A stretch of 42,544 nucleotides of DNA from contig JBOZIK010000001.1 of NCBI GenBank assembly GCA_051453625.1, forward strand, positions 28,170,472 to 28,213,015, in the 5' to 3' direction. Below, piece after piece: positions 21,805 to 35,935 of this stretch (position 1 is the stretch's first letter; each line of letters starts with the position of its first letter). Source of the DNA: Welwitschia mirabilis (taxonomy: Eukaryota). Below the pieces are notes generated by a model. The model saw only the letters and a program-made list of their open reading frames with translations, did no database searches and was not told where the DNA came from. Both the position numbers and the translations under genes were made by a program.

Positions 21805-24800
21805 TCAGACAATGATAGGAAGGAAGTCCTTGCCATTGGGGAAAACCTCCAAAGCAATTACTTTTATTATGTTTAAGGTTATATTAAAGGGTTTTTCATA
21901 TAATTTCAACCTTTGTCCATTAATTTTCTAAATCTCCTTAGTATCTAAGTTATAAATATCAATAAAGCCATTAGAATGTATTTTCTTTATAAGATAAGGA
22001 CCTAAGCATTTATAGGTAAACTTGTTATGTGAAAAATGTACTCTAGTATTATATAAAAGAATAAGTTGACCAAGTTCAAACTTTTTATGAAGTAACTTTC
22101 TATCATGTTTGAATTTAGCTTGGGCTTTATGAATGAGTTAATGATGTATCGCATGAGTACATTTTTTATTAAAGTGATTACACTAGGAAAATCTATTTTT
22201 AAGATTTTTATAAAGATCTATAAGATTAAGTTGACGAGAAAAATAATAAGAGTTATAACACACATCAACTAGTGAAATACAAAATTTTTTGTATATAAGT
22301 TTATAAAGTAAAAAATTAAGAGAATTACCCCAAGTAGTATCATAATACCAAAGAATATCATTAAGCTTAGAAGCCCAAAATTCTTATTAATGAAGATAAC
22401 TTTTTAAATAATTTTCTTCATTTCCCTATTTGCATTTTTAGGTTTAGCACTAGTTTGTGGATCATAAGCATAACCTATTCTATGTCTAATTCTAATGGAG
22501 AAAAAAAGTTTTCTAAAAAGTTGATTAATAAAATAAGTCCCTTAATCACTAATTAATAATTCTAGAACCACCAAAACATTGAAAAAAAATGAGTTCTAAC
22601 AAAAGCACAAATAGTTCATGCATCATTTGTAAAAGTAGAAATAGCTTCAACCCATGTAGTAACATAATCAACAATCACTTAAATATATTTATTATCATTA
22701 TAAGGTGATTTAATGGGATTTATAAAATCAGTTTACCAATAATTAAAATGTTTACATTCAAGAATTAGTTTAAGGGACATATCATGAGAATGAATAAGGC
22801 TACCATAATGTTGACAAGCATAATACCTTCTAGAAAAATCAAAAGAGTCCTAAAAAAATAGACCAATAAAACCTAAATTGAAGAATTTTCATTATTGTTT
22901 TNNNNNNNNNNNNNNNNNNNNNNNNNNNNNNNNNNNNNNNNNNNNNNNNNNNNNNNNNNNNNNNNNNNNNNNNNNNNNNNNNNNNNNNNNNNNNNNNNNN
23001 NNNNNNNNNNNNNNNNNNNNNNNNNNNNNNNNNNNNNNNNNNNNNNNNNNNNNNNNNNNNNNNNNNNNNNNNNNNNNNNNNNNNNNNNNNNNNNNNNNNN
23101 NNNNNNNNNNNNNNNNNNNNNNNNNNNNNNNNNNNNNNNNNNNNNNNNNNNNNNNNNNNNNNNNNNNNNNNNNNNNNNNNNNNNNNNNNNNNNNNNNNNN
23201 NNNNNNNNNNNNNNNNNNNNNNNNNNNNNNNNNNNNNNNNNNNNNNNNNNNNNNNNNNNNNNNNNNNNNNNNNNNNNNNNNNNNNNNNNNNNNNNNNNNN
23301 NNNNNNNNNNNNNNNNNNNNNNNNNNNNNNNNNNNNNNNNNNNNNNNNNNNNNNNNNNNNNNNNNNNNNNNNNNNNNNNNNNNNNNNNNNNNNNNNNNNN
23401 NNNNNNNNNNNNNNNNNNNNNNNNNNNNNNNNNNNNNNNNNNNNNNNNNNNNNNNNNNNNNNNNNNNNNNNNNNNNATTAACTATGTCAACATACAAAAA
23501 GTTTTTCATCTAGAAAAGAATCATTAATCATAAAATAATTAAGATAAGAAGAAAGATGTGATAAATGATCTGCTATCCTATTATGTTTTCTTTCTTTATC
23601 AATGATGGTAAGATTAAACTATTATGTAAAGAGGATTCATCTAATGAGTCTAACACTAGAATCTTTCTTAGTCATGATGTATCTAGTAGTTGCATGATTA
23701 ATATAAACATTTGTATAAAAGCATAAAGAATAGAATCTAAGAGTATCAAGGTANNNNNNNNNNNNNNNNNNNNNNNNNNNNNNNNNNNNNNNNNNNNNNN
23801 NNNNNNNNNNNNNNNNNNNNNNNNNNNNNNNNNNNNNNNNNNNNNNNNNNNNNCTAAGAGTATCAAGGTAAAAAGTTATGCCTAACACTTCTTTTGTAGT
23901 AGTAGTACAATTTAATTGAGCTTTAAAATAAGTTTTACTATAATAAGATATAGTTTTAAAATTATTTTTTTACTTGGATCTAAGAATCCCATTGATGATA
24001 ATATTGCTAGTATTACATATTAATGTAGAATCCTTATTTTAATCAAGTCCCATTACAATACATGTATAAGAGATTTTATTTTTAAGTGTTTTAAAAGTAA
24101 GTTACCAAGATTTTTTCTATTGAAATTTAGCTTATTTTTAACTAATGAGTAAAGCGGTTTACAGATTTTGGCATAATCCTAAATAAAACAATGGTGAAAA
24201 TCACAATTGCTAAGGAAAGATTAAACTTATTTTACATTTTTTAGAGGAGCTAAGTTTTTAATTATACTTACCTTTTTAAGATCCATTCTAATTTTTTTAC
24301 TAGAAATGTAATGACCTAAGACACTTCCATTATCAACTAGAAGGAAATCCTTATACCAACTCAAATATAGGCCACTCTCAATGTATCTATTAAGGACTTT
24401 CTCTAACATTTTTAAGATTTTTTCAAATATTTCACCATAGATTGAGAAGTTATTCATAAAAATTTCAATTAAATTCTCTAATATATTAGAAAAAGTACCC
24501 ATAATTGAATATTAAAAAGTGCCAAGAGAATTATAAAGTCCAAAAGCTATGCATCTAAAAGAAAATATTTTAACAAGTAAGTAAAAGTTATTTTTGCTTG
24601 ATCCTCAGTAGCTATACAGACCTAATCATGATCACTATACTTATCAAAAAAGTAATAAGAGAATGTCCTTAGATTCTATCAAGTATTTGATCGAAAAAAG
24701 GTAAAGGACAATGGTCATTTTTAGTTACTTCATTTAGCTTTCTAAAATTAATACACATTCAAAACTTTCCAAATTTATTAGGCACTACTATTAAAAGGCT

Positions 24801-27800
24801 AACCCATTCACTATTAGATTTGATATGAATAATTGTAACATCTATTAATTCAATGATTTCATATTTTATAACTTGTTAAAGGATTAGACTTAATCTACAT
24901 TTAAGTTACCTAATAGATTTTGAATTATTCTCAAGGTAGATTTTATATTGAACAATGGAAGTCGGAATGGTTGTTAAGTCTTTATGGGTCTAAGCAAATG
25001 CATTAACCTTAGTATTTAAAAGTGCAATTAAAATTGATTCTTCTTAAGAAGAGAGACCCTTATTTATTATCAATGGTTTATTTTAATCATCACATAGAAA
25101 GATATATTTCAATACAATAGGTAAAAGGTTTTAAATTTAAATTTAAATTTTTAGTTTTAGTTAATTTTTTATCAAAGTTAACCATCTTCTTAGACCATTT
25201 CCTGGATAACATGAAGTGAGGACCTCCCTTAAAATATGAAATGTCAATTGTTTTCAAATTTTGGACTTCGTTATAGATTGTAATTTCAGTTTCTTCACTC
25301 TCCTAATCAAAATAGTCAGTTCCTAAATACTCATAGTTGAGTTTATCATCATCAAAAGCTTTGAAGTTTTCTACTTCAAGTGGGTCATCATAAAAGGTAG
25401 GTTTATAAAGAATTAACCATCTTTCTTTAAGTGGATGATGCTATAGAAATAATGTTCACTTAATTTCTCCTTCAACATTTAACTCATCACTTAGGTTTTT
25501 TTAAGCATCATTAAAAACTTTAATGGTAAAATTTTTATTTCCTACATACCATTCCATCATTCTAGTTTTGTATTAATAATAAAATGGGATACTACACAAA
25601 ATTCTTTATCTAGAATTNNNNNNNNNNNNNNNNNNNNNNNNNNNNNNNNNNNNNNNNNAACATCCATTATTCTTAACTTTAATTACAATCATATCTATTG
25701 TATAAAATGCTTAATTTATTTGAATCTACAAATATTTTATTACTTCTAACTTTTTTTCCACTGATGCATCTATCAATTCTAAAATAATACATGTGGGTTT
25801 AATTCTACTTTGGAACCAATTCATTGATAAATATATAAAGGCATAATATTAACAATTACTCCTATATTGATTAAGGATTTTTTATTCTTTTATTTTTTTT
25901 ATAATGTAACACGAATTATTGCTACCCCTGGATCCTTAGATTTTGGACATTTTTGCAAAACTAAGTTAGTTATAGATTGGGCTAGGAAGATTTTACTAGG
26001 TATGGTTCATTTTTATTTCCTCCTAATTAGAACTTTTAACAACTTAAAATATTTATGATTTTCTTATAAGAGTTTCCAAAATGATAAATTTATGCTTACA
26101 TTTTGTATTGAGGCTCTAACGTGATCATCAAAGATAGGATTAATATTTAATCTATCAAGCCAAGGGGTAGTAAGCTTCTTACCTTTATCTTAAGAAGAAT
26201 TCTTCTTATTAATATTATCACTTAAAGGAGAAGGAAAAGCATGACCTTCTAAGATTTCAATATCCTCTTATTCTTCATCATTATTATTATTTTAAGAAGT
26301 TGAAGCCTTATGGATAAGACATATTATTTCATTCCTACTTCTTCTCACAACTTTATAATCTTTTCTTATTTCATTAAGGTTTGATAAAGTTTGTATTACT
26401 AGTTATCCTTATGGTCTTTGATTTCCAAGCATAGTTTGTTAAAGAATAATTACTAGATTTTTAATGTTTGAATTGTCTTCTCTTGAGCTTTTTTTAATTT
26501 ATCAATACAATTTCTAAGTGGATCATTTTAATTTTGAAAATTTGATGTACTTAATTGATAATTTGAGCTACTTAGTTGGAAATTTAAGTTGTCTATTTGA
26601 AAGTTAGCATTCTGAAATCTATTTCTAAATGTTTGGAAATTTAGGTGATTTGCTTCAAAATCCTTGAATTTGTACTCAAAATATGGGAAGTTAAGTTGTC
26701 CATTCATAATAGGTTAAAATTGATTCTCATTTTGGTTTTGGTTTTAATTTTTAGAGTTTGAATCCTTTTGATTAAATGTATACACATCATCATAGATTTT
26801 CTCTTTATAAGTTAGTAATAAAGTACATTCTTTAGTTACATGATAGTTTTCTTTACATAAATTACAAGTTGAAGCTATACTCTTTTTAGTTGCCACTTTT
26901 ACATCTACAATAATTTAAGTGTACTTTTATAATATTATTATAAAATTCTTTATTACATTTATTTGTTTTTTCTGATTTTACTTTCTCCTTTTCTTGTTTT
27001 AGTTCTTTAAGATCTTTTATGATTTGGCCTATAGTATGATTTTATTTAGATATTAATTTAGGCCATGTTTAACTTAATTCAACTAGTTCTTTGACCAATT
27101 TAGTGCATTTTCTAATGTTATATTCATTAAATTCCACCACATAAAAAGTATACAAATTTTTTGGTTTGACTATAAAGTTCACTATAGAAATACTCTACTA
27201 ATTCTTTGTGAATAAATGCAAGTATAAGATTAGAAGGTTTTGTAATAAAAATTATTTATAAGTGGAGGCATAATGTTCATTAGGTTATTGTTGGAAATTT
27301 CATACTATTTCTTTCTTTTTCTTATTATTGTTCCACTCATAAATTTTTTCATAAAGGCTTATTAAACTTAGTTCTATGTTTTTCAGCTTTTATGTAAAAT
27401 AGTTCTTAACCATAACTTTTTTTTTCTTTGAATGTGATGAAAAAGATAGCCATGTATGTATGATCACTAATCCATTTTTTACCATTTCTATAAGTAAGCA
27501 CTAGTTGTTCAATGTTGGCTATATGTTGGAGGGGATCCTCATCATTTTTCCTATTAAAAATAAGATAAGCATTTAGACTTCTTAACTTGTCATTATTATC
27601 AAGAGGTAGATTAAAAAGAATTTGGATTTCACACTTTTTTTTGCAATTAGTTCTTTAAGAGTGATATTAACATTTAAATTTATGATGATAGTAAAGTTCT
27701 TGATCATACTATAAGAATTAGCCAAAGCTACTTGTTTCTATTTTTGCATAAAATTTGACATTACAATAAAATAATTTTTTTAAACTTGTTTTGAAAAATT

Positions 27801-28000
27801 TGCTTTGAAAAAATCAAATTCAAAAATAGTAAATGCAGAAACATATTCTTGCTTAATTCTTGGAGTATTTTGCATACTTGGGGTGTTCATACCTTAGATT
27901 AGTTCATAGTCAATCAAACCTTCTCAGATGTTTTCTTAATCAATAGTTACTCTCTCTAATACTTTATCTTTTTAATAGAGTTTACCATATCCCAATATGC
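21805..28000 (-). pseudogene. Decayed gag-pol of element B
   Basis: ORF 24227-24502 contains IEIFMNNFSIYG (decayed FMDDF RT motif) and VLGHYIS. Also HATTRYIMTKKDSSVRLIR (RNase H) and the KINGQRLKLY integrase tail. Many stops. Confidence 0.9.
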
Positions 28001-28411
28001 TTAGTTATATTTTTGTAAATATCATCTTTATGGTCATATAAATGATGCATCTAGATGATATAATACATAATAAACATAAAAATAAAAAAAATAGAAAAAT
28101 AGAATTACTAATTAAGATAGAATAAAAAATGACAATTATCCTCTGAGTTGTCTGGATGATAGAGGGGATGATAAAAAATCCTAATTATTATAAAAATGAA
28201 AAATCCTAAATTTTACAGGCCATCATTACTACATGTCATTTCGATAACAAGAGGGATGACAAGGCATTAGTTTTAGAATAAAAGTCAAAAAATGTGGAAA
28301 TAAAAACCTATGTTTTCACTATAAAGATATAGTGCTTATATAGAAAAATACCTAAACCAAAATGCAAACTACTTATTTGATCAATGATAGTTCTCAAATT
28401 CTAAGCAGCCT

Positions 28412-28429
28412 TCCTCAACAATAGTTCCA
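28412..28429 (-). promoter_or_regulatory. PBS (tRNA-Asp type) of element B
   Basis: Minus strand TGGAACTATTGTTGAGGA, 3 nt from the LTR end, at the same position as in A. Confidence 0.7.
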
Positions 28430-28432
28430 AGA

Positions 28433-29601
28433 TGTTGTAGTGCATATTTATGTAAATGTTACATCCTTAAACAATTCCTAAAATCATCAAAATATATATA
28501 TTACAGAACATAACATACTAATATAGATGGGAGTAATCCAAATGTCATTATTTCATTTAAGGCAGAGGCAAGAAAAAAGAGAACTAATTTCAAACAAAAC
28601 AGTTATGCAATTTCTAAGTAGAACAATAATAATACAAATAACATACTATGTAAATGAGATGCAAGTTCTATTCTAAATGCAATATCTATTCAATTACCAA
28701 GTCAACCTATCATGGAAATTGATCTTATATAATCTATATCAATTTAGAAAAGTCATTACCAGATCAATTTCAATATAATCTATCAAGTGCATCAAAGAGA
28801 ATATGAAAATGATGCAAATTTAATCTATAATATAAAATGCAATGCACCTAAAATAATAATGTCAACCTTAATAAAGTTTGTTCGTTTGATCTATATCATA
28901 GATAAAGTTGTTACAGAATCATAAATAAATAAATTACAAGGGAGATACATATAATAAATGATATAATAAAAAAATAGAGTTTTGATTAAATCGAATCAAC
29001 ATCCATGTTATAAAGCAGTAGCATCTTAATAAAGGATACATAGTGCAACATCAAGAAAGACATATTTTTACAATAACAAGGGATGGTTCTCCTACCCTTA
29101 AGTCTTCTATCATAAGAATTTTTAGTATCAAAGAAGATAAAGTGAAAGTCAAGGGTGAAGAAGGTATTTAATACAAAAATAGACTCTAAATATAATAAAC
29201 ACTAATAGATGCAAATATTCATGCAATAAATTGTAAGGCATGTAGATGAAGTTTAATGAAGTATTATCTTTAGGTGGCATCTTGATAGTCATTTAGATGT
29301 TATAAGTTACAATTCCACATCATACAAAATCCAATGTGGTTCTTTTATCATCCATCTAATCATCCAAATAATAAGGTGGATGACGGGCATTGTAAAGTAT
29401 TTCTTGTATCATATGAGCCTCTTTGATTACAAGGTTGCTGCTTTAGATAGGAAGAATTGTAATTTTCCTACTTGTTAAATGTAATGAATATTGCATTTTG
29501 TGATATTTGCATTATCATTAAAACTTAGCATAAACCTGTCTAATGTCCTAGAAAACTACTTAGAATACCTTATCAAATATATACAATTTGGCAGCATAAT
29601 A
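28433..29601 (-). repeat. 5' LTR of element B
   Basis: TGTTGTAGTGCATATTTATG...GGCAGCATAATA; aligns with 15656-16924 with substitutions and indels. Confidence 0.88.
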
Positions 29602-31990
29602 AGAAAATTAGTTACATATTTCTAAGATAATTAAATAGCCATTGACATTTTTTAATCTATTGGAACTAATTGTTATTATTTAAAAGGCTTATTAATGAAT
29701 AAGCCATGTTAGAGAAATTGAAGATGAATCAATGATAGTACTCAATAGGACTAAAAAATATTCTAATCCTAATAATATTTATAGGTGTTGTCCATTTTAT
29801 AATTACTATAACTTTACTTTAATCCACTGATATACCTTTCTTGGATATTACATCACCTAAAAACTAAATAGATTCCTTCCAAGAAGAGTAATTTTTTATG
29901 TTAGCATAAAATTTGTAATTCTAAAAGTTTATGATACTATTTTCAAGTGTTTTTCATGCTCTTCATAATTATTAAAATAAATTAGGATATCATTAATAAA
30001 TAGTATTAAAAAGAAATCAACATGTAATTGAAAGATATAATTCATAAGACATATAAATAATATAGAGGCATTAGTTAAATCAAAAGATATAATAGTGAAC
30101 TTAAAATGTCCATAGTCAGTTCTAAATGTTATTTTATAAATATCTTCTTCTTTGATTTAAATTTGGTTATATCTAGATTTTTATCAAATTTTAAGAACAA
30201 CTTAGCTTTCTTTAGCTAATAAACAAGGTCATTTATTCTTAGTGTTGAGTACTTGATCTTAATGATAACCTTATTTAACTATCTATAATAAATGCATAAT
30301 CTTACTATTCCATCCTTATTCTTTAAAAATAATATAGATACTTCTCATAGTAAAATGCTACGATGAATAAACCTTATTTGTAAAGCTTTTATAAGCTAAA
30401 TTTTTAATTCTTTCATTTATATAGGAGAAATTCTATGTAGTGCCTTAGAAATTAGTTAGGATCCTAGGATTAATTTAATAAAAACTAAACTTCCTCAAGT
30501 GGTGGTATTCCTAGTAATTATGTTATAAATACATCAAGATATTTTTGGAATATTGGTATATTCTTTATTTATGTTTTTCTTTCTTTCAAGATAATTAATT
30601 TCAAGTATAGCACATAGACTAGTGATTCTTTCTTAATTTTATTTTTATATGATTTGCATTAATTATATCATTCATTACTAATTTGTAATGACCTTAAAAG
30701 ATTATTCTTTAACCATGATTAATGTTTTAGTAATTTATAACTACTCTAATTTATATTAATAGTTCATACCAAAAAAATCATATTTTCTTAAGTCTATAAC
30801 ATTTTGTTATATTTAAAAATCTCACCCACCTATGGATAAAGTACAATTTTTGAATTACTAATTAACTTTGGACATGAACCCACTTGATATCTCTATGGAT
30901 CCCTTAATTGAACCACAACATTATTTTTTTAATAATAATCCTAAAAGATATAAAACAATGAATTATTCCATAATAAAAATAAAATGGTTAGTTCATTATT
31001 ATTAAGAAAAGATCTACCTTCTGACATAGAGCTTTGAAATTGCATTCCTTAATTATTAACTACTACTCTAAGTCATCCTATTAATTAAGGAATGTTTTTT
31101 ATCCTTAAGGATTTTCTGGTTATTGTCTAGGAGGGTCATAGTTACATGATAAACATTATTTTACTTTATGATTTCTCTTATTTTAAAAGTGTTTTCATTA
31201 TTATATTAGTTCTAATACTGATACTCATTAGGAAATTGCTAAAACTTGGACCTCTAAGATTGATTACTTGCATATCTTTAACTACAAACATTCCAATTTC
31301 TTTTAAATGGAGGCTACTATAGTTGATTAAAATTCCTATTTCTACTATTACTTCTACTAACATTATTTTTGTTGAAGTGCCAATTTTTTTTAATAATACA
31401 TTTATTATCAAATTTTTTTAAAGATATGTCATCATGAAGGAATTATTTTCTTAATTTTTTATTATTTTTACTTTTTTTTTTGTATCTTTGCCTTTTCTAC
31501 AACCTCTACTAGATTCTTAGGTTAAAATATAGATACTTTGATAGTAAAAAAAGGAATAATATTATTAATAAAGATATTATTTTAGCTTCTTCATCTAGAT
31601 GCATATATGATAGATATCTTAATAATTCTATAAATTTGCATTCATAAGATGATATGGTAACATTAGGGGCTTATCTTAGATTATAGAATTTTATAACATT
31701 CTAGTGAATATAGAACTTAGTGATATACCTCTCCTTAAATATATACTTAAATTCCCTCTATGAAAGTTTTAAACCTTTCAATTTGGGCATTTTCATTTTC
31801 CACTATAGGTTAGCTTCTTCTTGTAATACATAAAAAGCTAAATAAGGTTTTTCATATTCATCATATCTTAAGGTGTCTTTAATCCTTTCAATGTTACTTA
31901 TCCATGCTTTAGCTTTATATGGGTTTAAACCTCTATTGCAAGTCTAACTGCTAATAGTTAGCACCATGTTTAAAGTGTGCTTCTAGGTTC
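29602..31990 (-). pseudogene. Tekay/Del chromovirus gag-PR-RT, 5' part of element C
   Basis: FINDILIY (RT YxDD motif, decayed), FLGDVISKKGISVD*SKV, and gag NPYKAKAWISNIERI..AFYVLQEEANL*W. Confidence 0.88.
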
Positions 31991-32149
31991 TTTTTATAGG
32001 TTTAATGCTTCAATTAACCACTTTTAATATTAAACATTTAAAAAAGAATTTAAATAAAAATGGAGTAATTATGAAGCATTTGAGAAAAACATATGATAGA
32101 AGATGTTACACTAAAAATAAATTTCATATAATTAAGAAAATAATACACC

Positions 32150-32280
32150 AAGAAGATGTTACATCAAAAGCATATTAGACAAGAAGACATTACATTAAGA
32201 AGACATTATATTAAGAAAGATGTTACACTAGGAAGACGCTACATCAAGAAGATGTTATATAAAGAAGACATGTTGAAGAA
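32150..32280 (+). repeat. ~16-bp tandem repeat, about 8 units (AAGAAGAYRTTACAYY)
   Basis: aagaagatgttacatc, aagaagacattacatt, aagaagacattatatt, aggaagacgctacatc, aagaagatgttatata and others; an isolated unit near 32097. Confidence 0.85.
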
Positions 32281-32416
32281 TATGATTGAAATGTAAGAAA
32301 ATAATTAATGGACAAAATAACTTATTAGCCAAATAATTAAGTAAAGATTAGTGAACTTTAATTCAAAAACATAAGATAAGAAAATTTCATTTTAGTCCAA
32401 AATAGCAAAAGACAAT

Positions 32417-33084
32417 TGATGCAGCATCAAATTATATGTATTTGATGGGGTGTAATGGGATATTTTGTATGACATTTATATAGGTTTATATGTAATTCTG
32501 AGGATTATGAAGAGTTAATGGATGATCATAGAAACACGTAATTTTTGGCATGTTTAGAGGAATTTTAGACATATTCTAATGCTCAGTGCTTTGAAGGAAG
32601 ATTAATAATGCTAAAGATAATTTCTTTTGATATGAAATAATAAGGAGGACTATTGTTTCCATTAACATCCACATGGCAAACAGGATGATAGCACTGTATA
32701 AGCCAAATGGAATGCTGATGTGAACTAGAAATGGAACTAATGGAGCCCTGTTTTGTAAAGAATTCATCCCTAATGTCATTTATATGACATAAAGGAAAAT
32801 GAATGATAATGCATGTATGATTTTCCTAGGTATCATCCCCATGATAATTAAGATGACATCTAAAACAACTACCTAGTTTTCACTTGTTTCATCCATTTCT
32901 TTCTCTAATTTGAGCATTTTTTTAGTGCATTTTGAGTGATGGTTATGCCTTATTTATTTTATAAATAAACTCTTACTTTGATCCTTCTATCATCTTTGAT
33001 ACACTAGAAATTCTTGTAATAAGAGATTGAAGGATGGAAGATCCATCTTGTGTAGTTGTAGAAAGATGTTTTCTTGGTGTTGGA
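32417..33084 (+). repeat. Athila-type LTR, 5' portion, interrupted by element D
   Basis: Starts TGATGCAGCATCAAATTATATGTATTTGAT like the LTR at 5409, and stops mid-LTR (..CTTGGTGTTGGA) where an opposite-strand LTR begins. Confidence 0.75.
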
Positions 33085-35935
33085 TATTGTGATGCATATT
33101 TACACAATGTTTATGCCCTGATTAGAATTCTATCAACCACAAATAATATGCACAAACACAACATAATAGTATTTATGTGAGTAATTCGAATGTCATAATC
33201 TGTTAAAGGCCAAAATATGGAAATAAAAGAACTGCTTTCAAGATAAAAAATGTAACCCTAACTTATAAAAATAATTTGCAATCTATGGAAATGAAATAAA
33301 ACACACATGTGAAAAAATAATCTAGGAAAGGAAATATCAATTCACTTAAACTAACCAAGTACAACCTTGACAAAGGTTGCCCTCATAATCTATATCACAA
33401 AATAAGCTTGTCACCAAATCTCAAATAACATAAATTATAAGGGAGAAGTCATTCATACATCTAAATACAAAATAAAATATTTCATATTAAAATATGCATA
33501 TTACATCCATATTACAAAGTAGCCATTTCTAAATGGAGGAAATGCCACCCAACACCAAGGGAACGTGTCTTTGAAATTACAAAATGGTTCTCCATTCCTT
33601 TGATTTCCTATCATGAGTATGTTGGGTATTGTCGAAGATGATTAAGAATCAAGGGGGAGACCTTTATTTATAGACTTAAAACAAGAAAGGAAACTGATAG
33701 AAAAGCATAGAAAAATCCTAACTACCATGCAAAGAGAAGTCACAATTAAGTGGCGACAGCTTAGGTGAACATTTGGTGCAAGTGTCAGAAAATAGTATTG
33801 TTCATATGATCATCTAGACGATACAGGAAACAATGCTGATTAATAGTTAGATTGCATGTATGCTACTAGTTTAACTACTTATGAGACCTATTATCATCTA
33901 GTTGCATAGTTGTCCATATTGATGTTTGGATGATGAGCTAGACGATGGTCTTTAATCGATCTTCAATTAATCTAGTTGCTTTGTTATTTGCATGAAATTA
34001 TCATCCAAAATACCATTTATTCATATTTGCACAGAATGCTTGTAATTTATTTGGAAATCACATGTTTCCATCATTTTTATCCTAGTTATCCATTATCATA
34101 AGAACTAAGTATTTATGTGCCAATTTATTTGCAAAACAACTCAGAATATCCTATCAAATACATTTAATTTAATGGTTCCACATAGCCCTCCACTTAGCCT
34201 TATTAGTCCCTAACAAAACTAGGTGATAAGCCACAATTTTGAGCTAATTTTTNNNNNNNNNNNNNNNNNNNNNNNNNNNNNNNNNNNNNNNNNNNNNNNN
34301 NNNNNNNNNNNNNNNNNNNNNNNNNNNNNNNNNNNNNNNNNNNNNNNNNNNNAATATCCTATCAAATACATTTAATTTAATGGTTCCACATAGCCCACCA
34401 CTTAGCCTTATTAGTCCCTAACAAAACTAGGTGATAAGCCACAATTGTGAGCTAATTTTTTTGATAATAAAAATAACTCAGACATCTATAGAAATTATCT
34501 AAAAATGATTTAAAAAATACTTCCAAGATAGGTTGACTTTATAGAAAATTCAAAACACTAAACATAAATACCTATAAAACATCAAAGATTGGTTGTCCAA
34601 TATGGTTATCCGGATGATGAAAAGGATGAAAAGCTTCTNNNNNNNNNNATCATGATAAACAGTCCTACATTGTAATAAATAGTTAAATAATCATAAAAAT
34701 CAAATAGAATTAATACACCATGCTAAAACAAAATGTAGAATCACTTCCCTCGTCTATGCATGATGAATCATAATTTAGTAATTGGCTCAGAAGTAGAGGG
34801 AAAGGAAGGAGGATCTATAATAATAATTCTTATAATCAATAAAAAATTATCAAAAATACTAAAAATAGGTCTTATCTCCCCTATAAAATATGCAATACCC
34901 CCCGAATTTTTGAATCATGAGAAGAAGAAATGGAGAAAAATGTGGTATCATGATTGAACAGCAAGAAAACTACTAAATAATTAAAGTCCAAAGAAGAAAT
35001 AAGAAAATTCAGCAATGACTTTAAAACAATAGACTCAAAAATAGAAGAAAACAAGAGTAAAAATGGATACAAGAAACAAGGAAAAGATTGTTTACCTATT
35101 CTAAGTACTAATCTAGCAAACTTCCAAGGAAAACATCATAACATTACCTGAGTAAATATGCATGACAAAATGTATTAACTCTATTAAGTTCATTAAAAAA
35201 GGCAGTGGTTATAGTGATATCCAAAGTTTTAAGTGTGTATAACAATGAAGGGAAAAACCAAAAGTTACTTAGAAGTTAACTCATCTACTTCTACTCCATA
35301 AACTCACCGGGATCTCCAAAAGTAAAATAATTAAGTGGAAATACAAAGAGTCTATGAAATAATTTTTTTTAACATGATGAGGGGAGTGTAACCACTATTA
35401 GAGGAGTAAGGACTCTTAAAGTATGACCAACTGACTAGCCAGTGGAGTTCCCAGAACTATATATTAAACTACTAAAGGCTCCTCTCAGAAATATTTAACC
35501 TAGTGTACTTGCAGTAGGACATCATGATAACCATGTTTTTAAGATATAAAATAGAAAACATCATGGTCTTTATTTCACTGTTTCTTTTTTTTTTTTTACT
35601 TTTTTTTTAATTTTTTTTACACAACATTCCCACATGTTCACATACTCAAGAAAGACGAAGGTGAATAAGTGAAATAAAAGACAGAAATGAACACTTTCAA
35701 ATAACCTAAAATTTAAACACCATTAACAAAAATACAAGAAACTAAGGCATCTTCCTTTAAATAAAGTCCATAGACATGGGAATGTCTTAAGATTTGGTGA
35801 ATCCAATCTTATCACTTATAAATGCCCCATTATAAAGCTAATCATGATACTTCGCAAAGTAATACATAAGTCAAGTTTAAAAGATGATCAAGTAAAATCA
35901 TAATATTTAACCTAAGGAGTAGGCTAAGAAAGAAC

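Larger units (their letters stand above)
15656..29601 (-). mobile_element. Near full-length Athila-type Ty3/gypsy element B, nested in Tekay pol
   Basis: Paired LTRs at 15656-16924 and 28433-29601, PBS at 28412-28429, PPT at 16925-16943, gag-PR-RT-RH-INT order and an accessory ORF. Host Tekay reading frame continues across both ends. Confidence 0.93.

Noticed and set aside
23737-23870. 17-bp direct repeat CTAAGAGTATCAAGGTA
   Set aside because: It flanks a 100-N gap and the RNase H sequence is continuous if collapsed; assembly artefact.
32150-32280. Possible CRISPR-like array
   Set aside because: Head-to-tail 16-bp units without unique spacers, in plant retrotransposon context.
34145-34460. 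Near-identical ~108-bp direct repeat duplicating D's LTR end and PPT
   Set aside because: The copies flank a 100-N gap; most likely overlapping contig ends.
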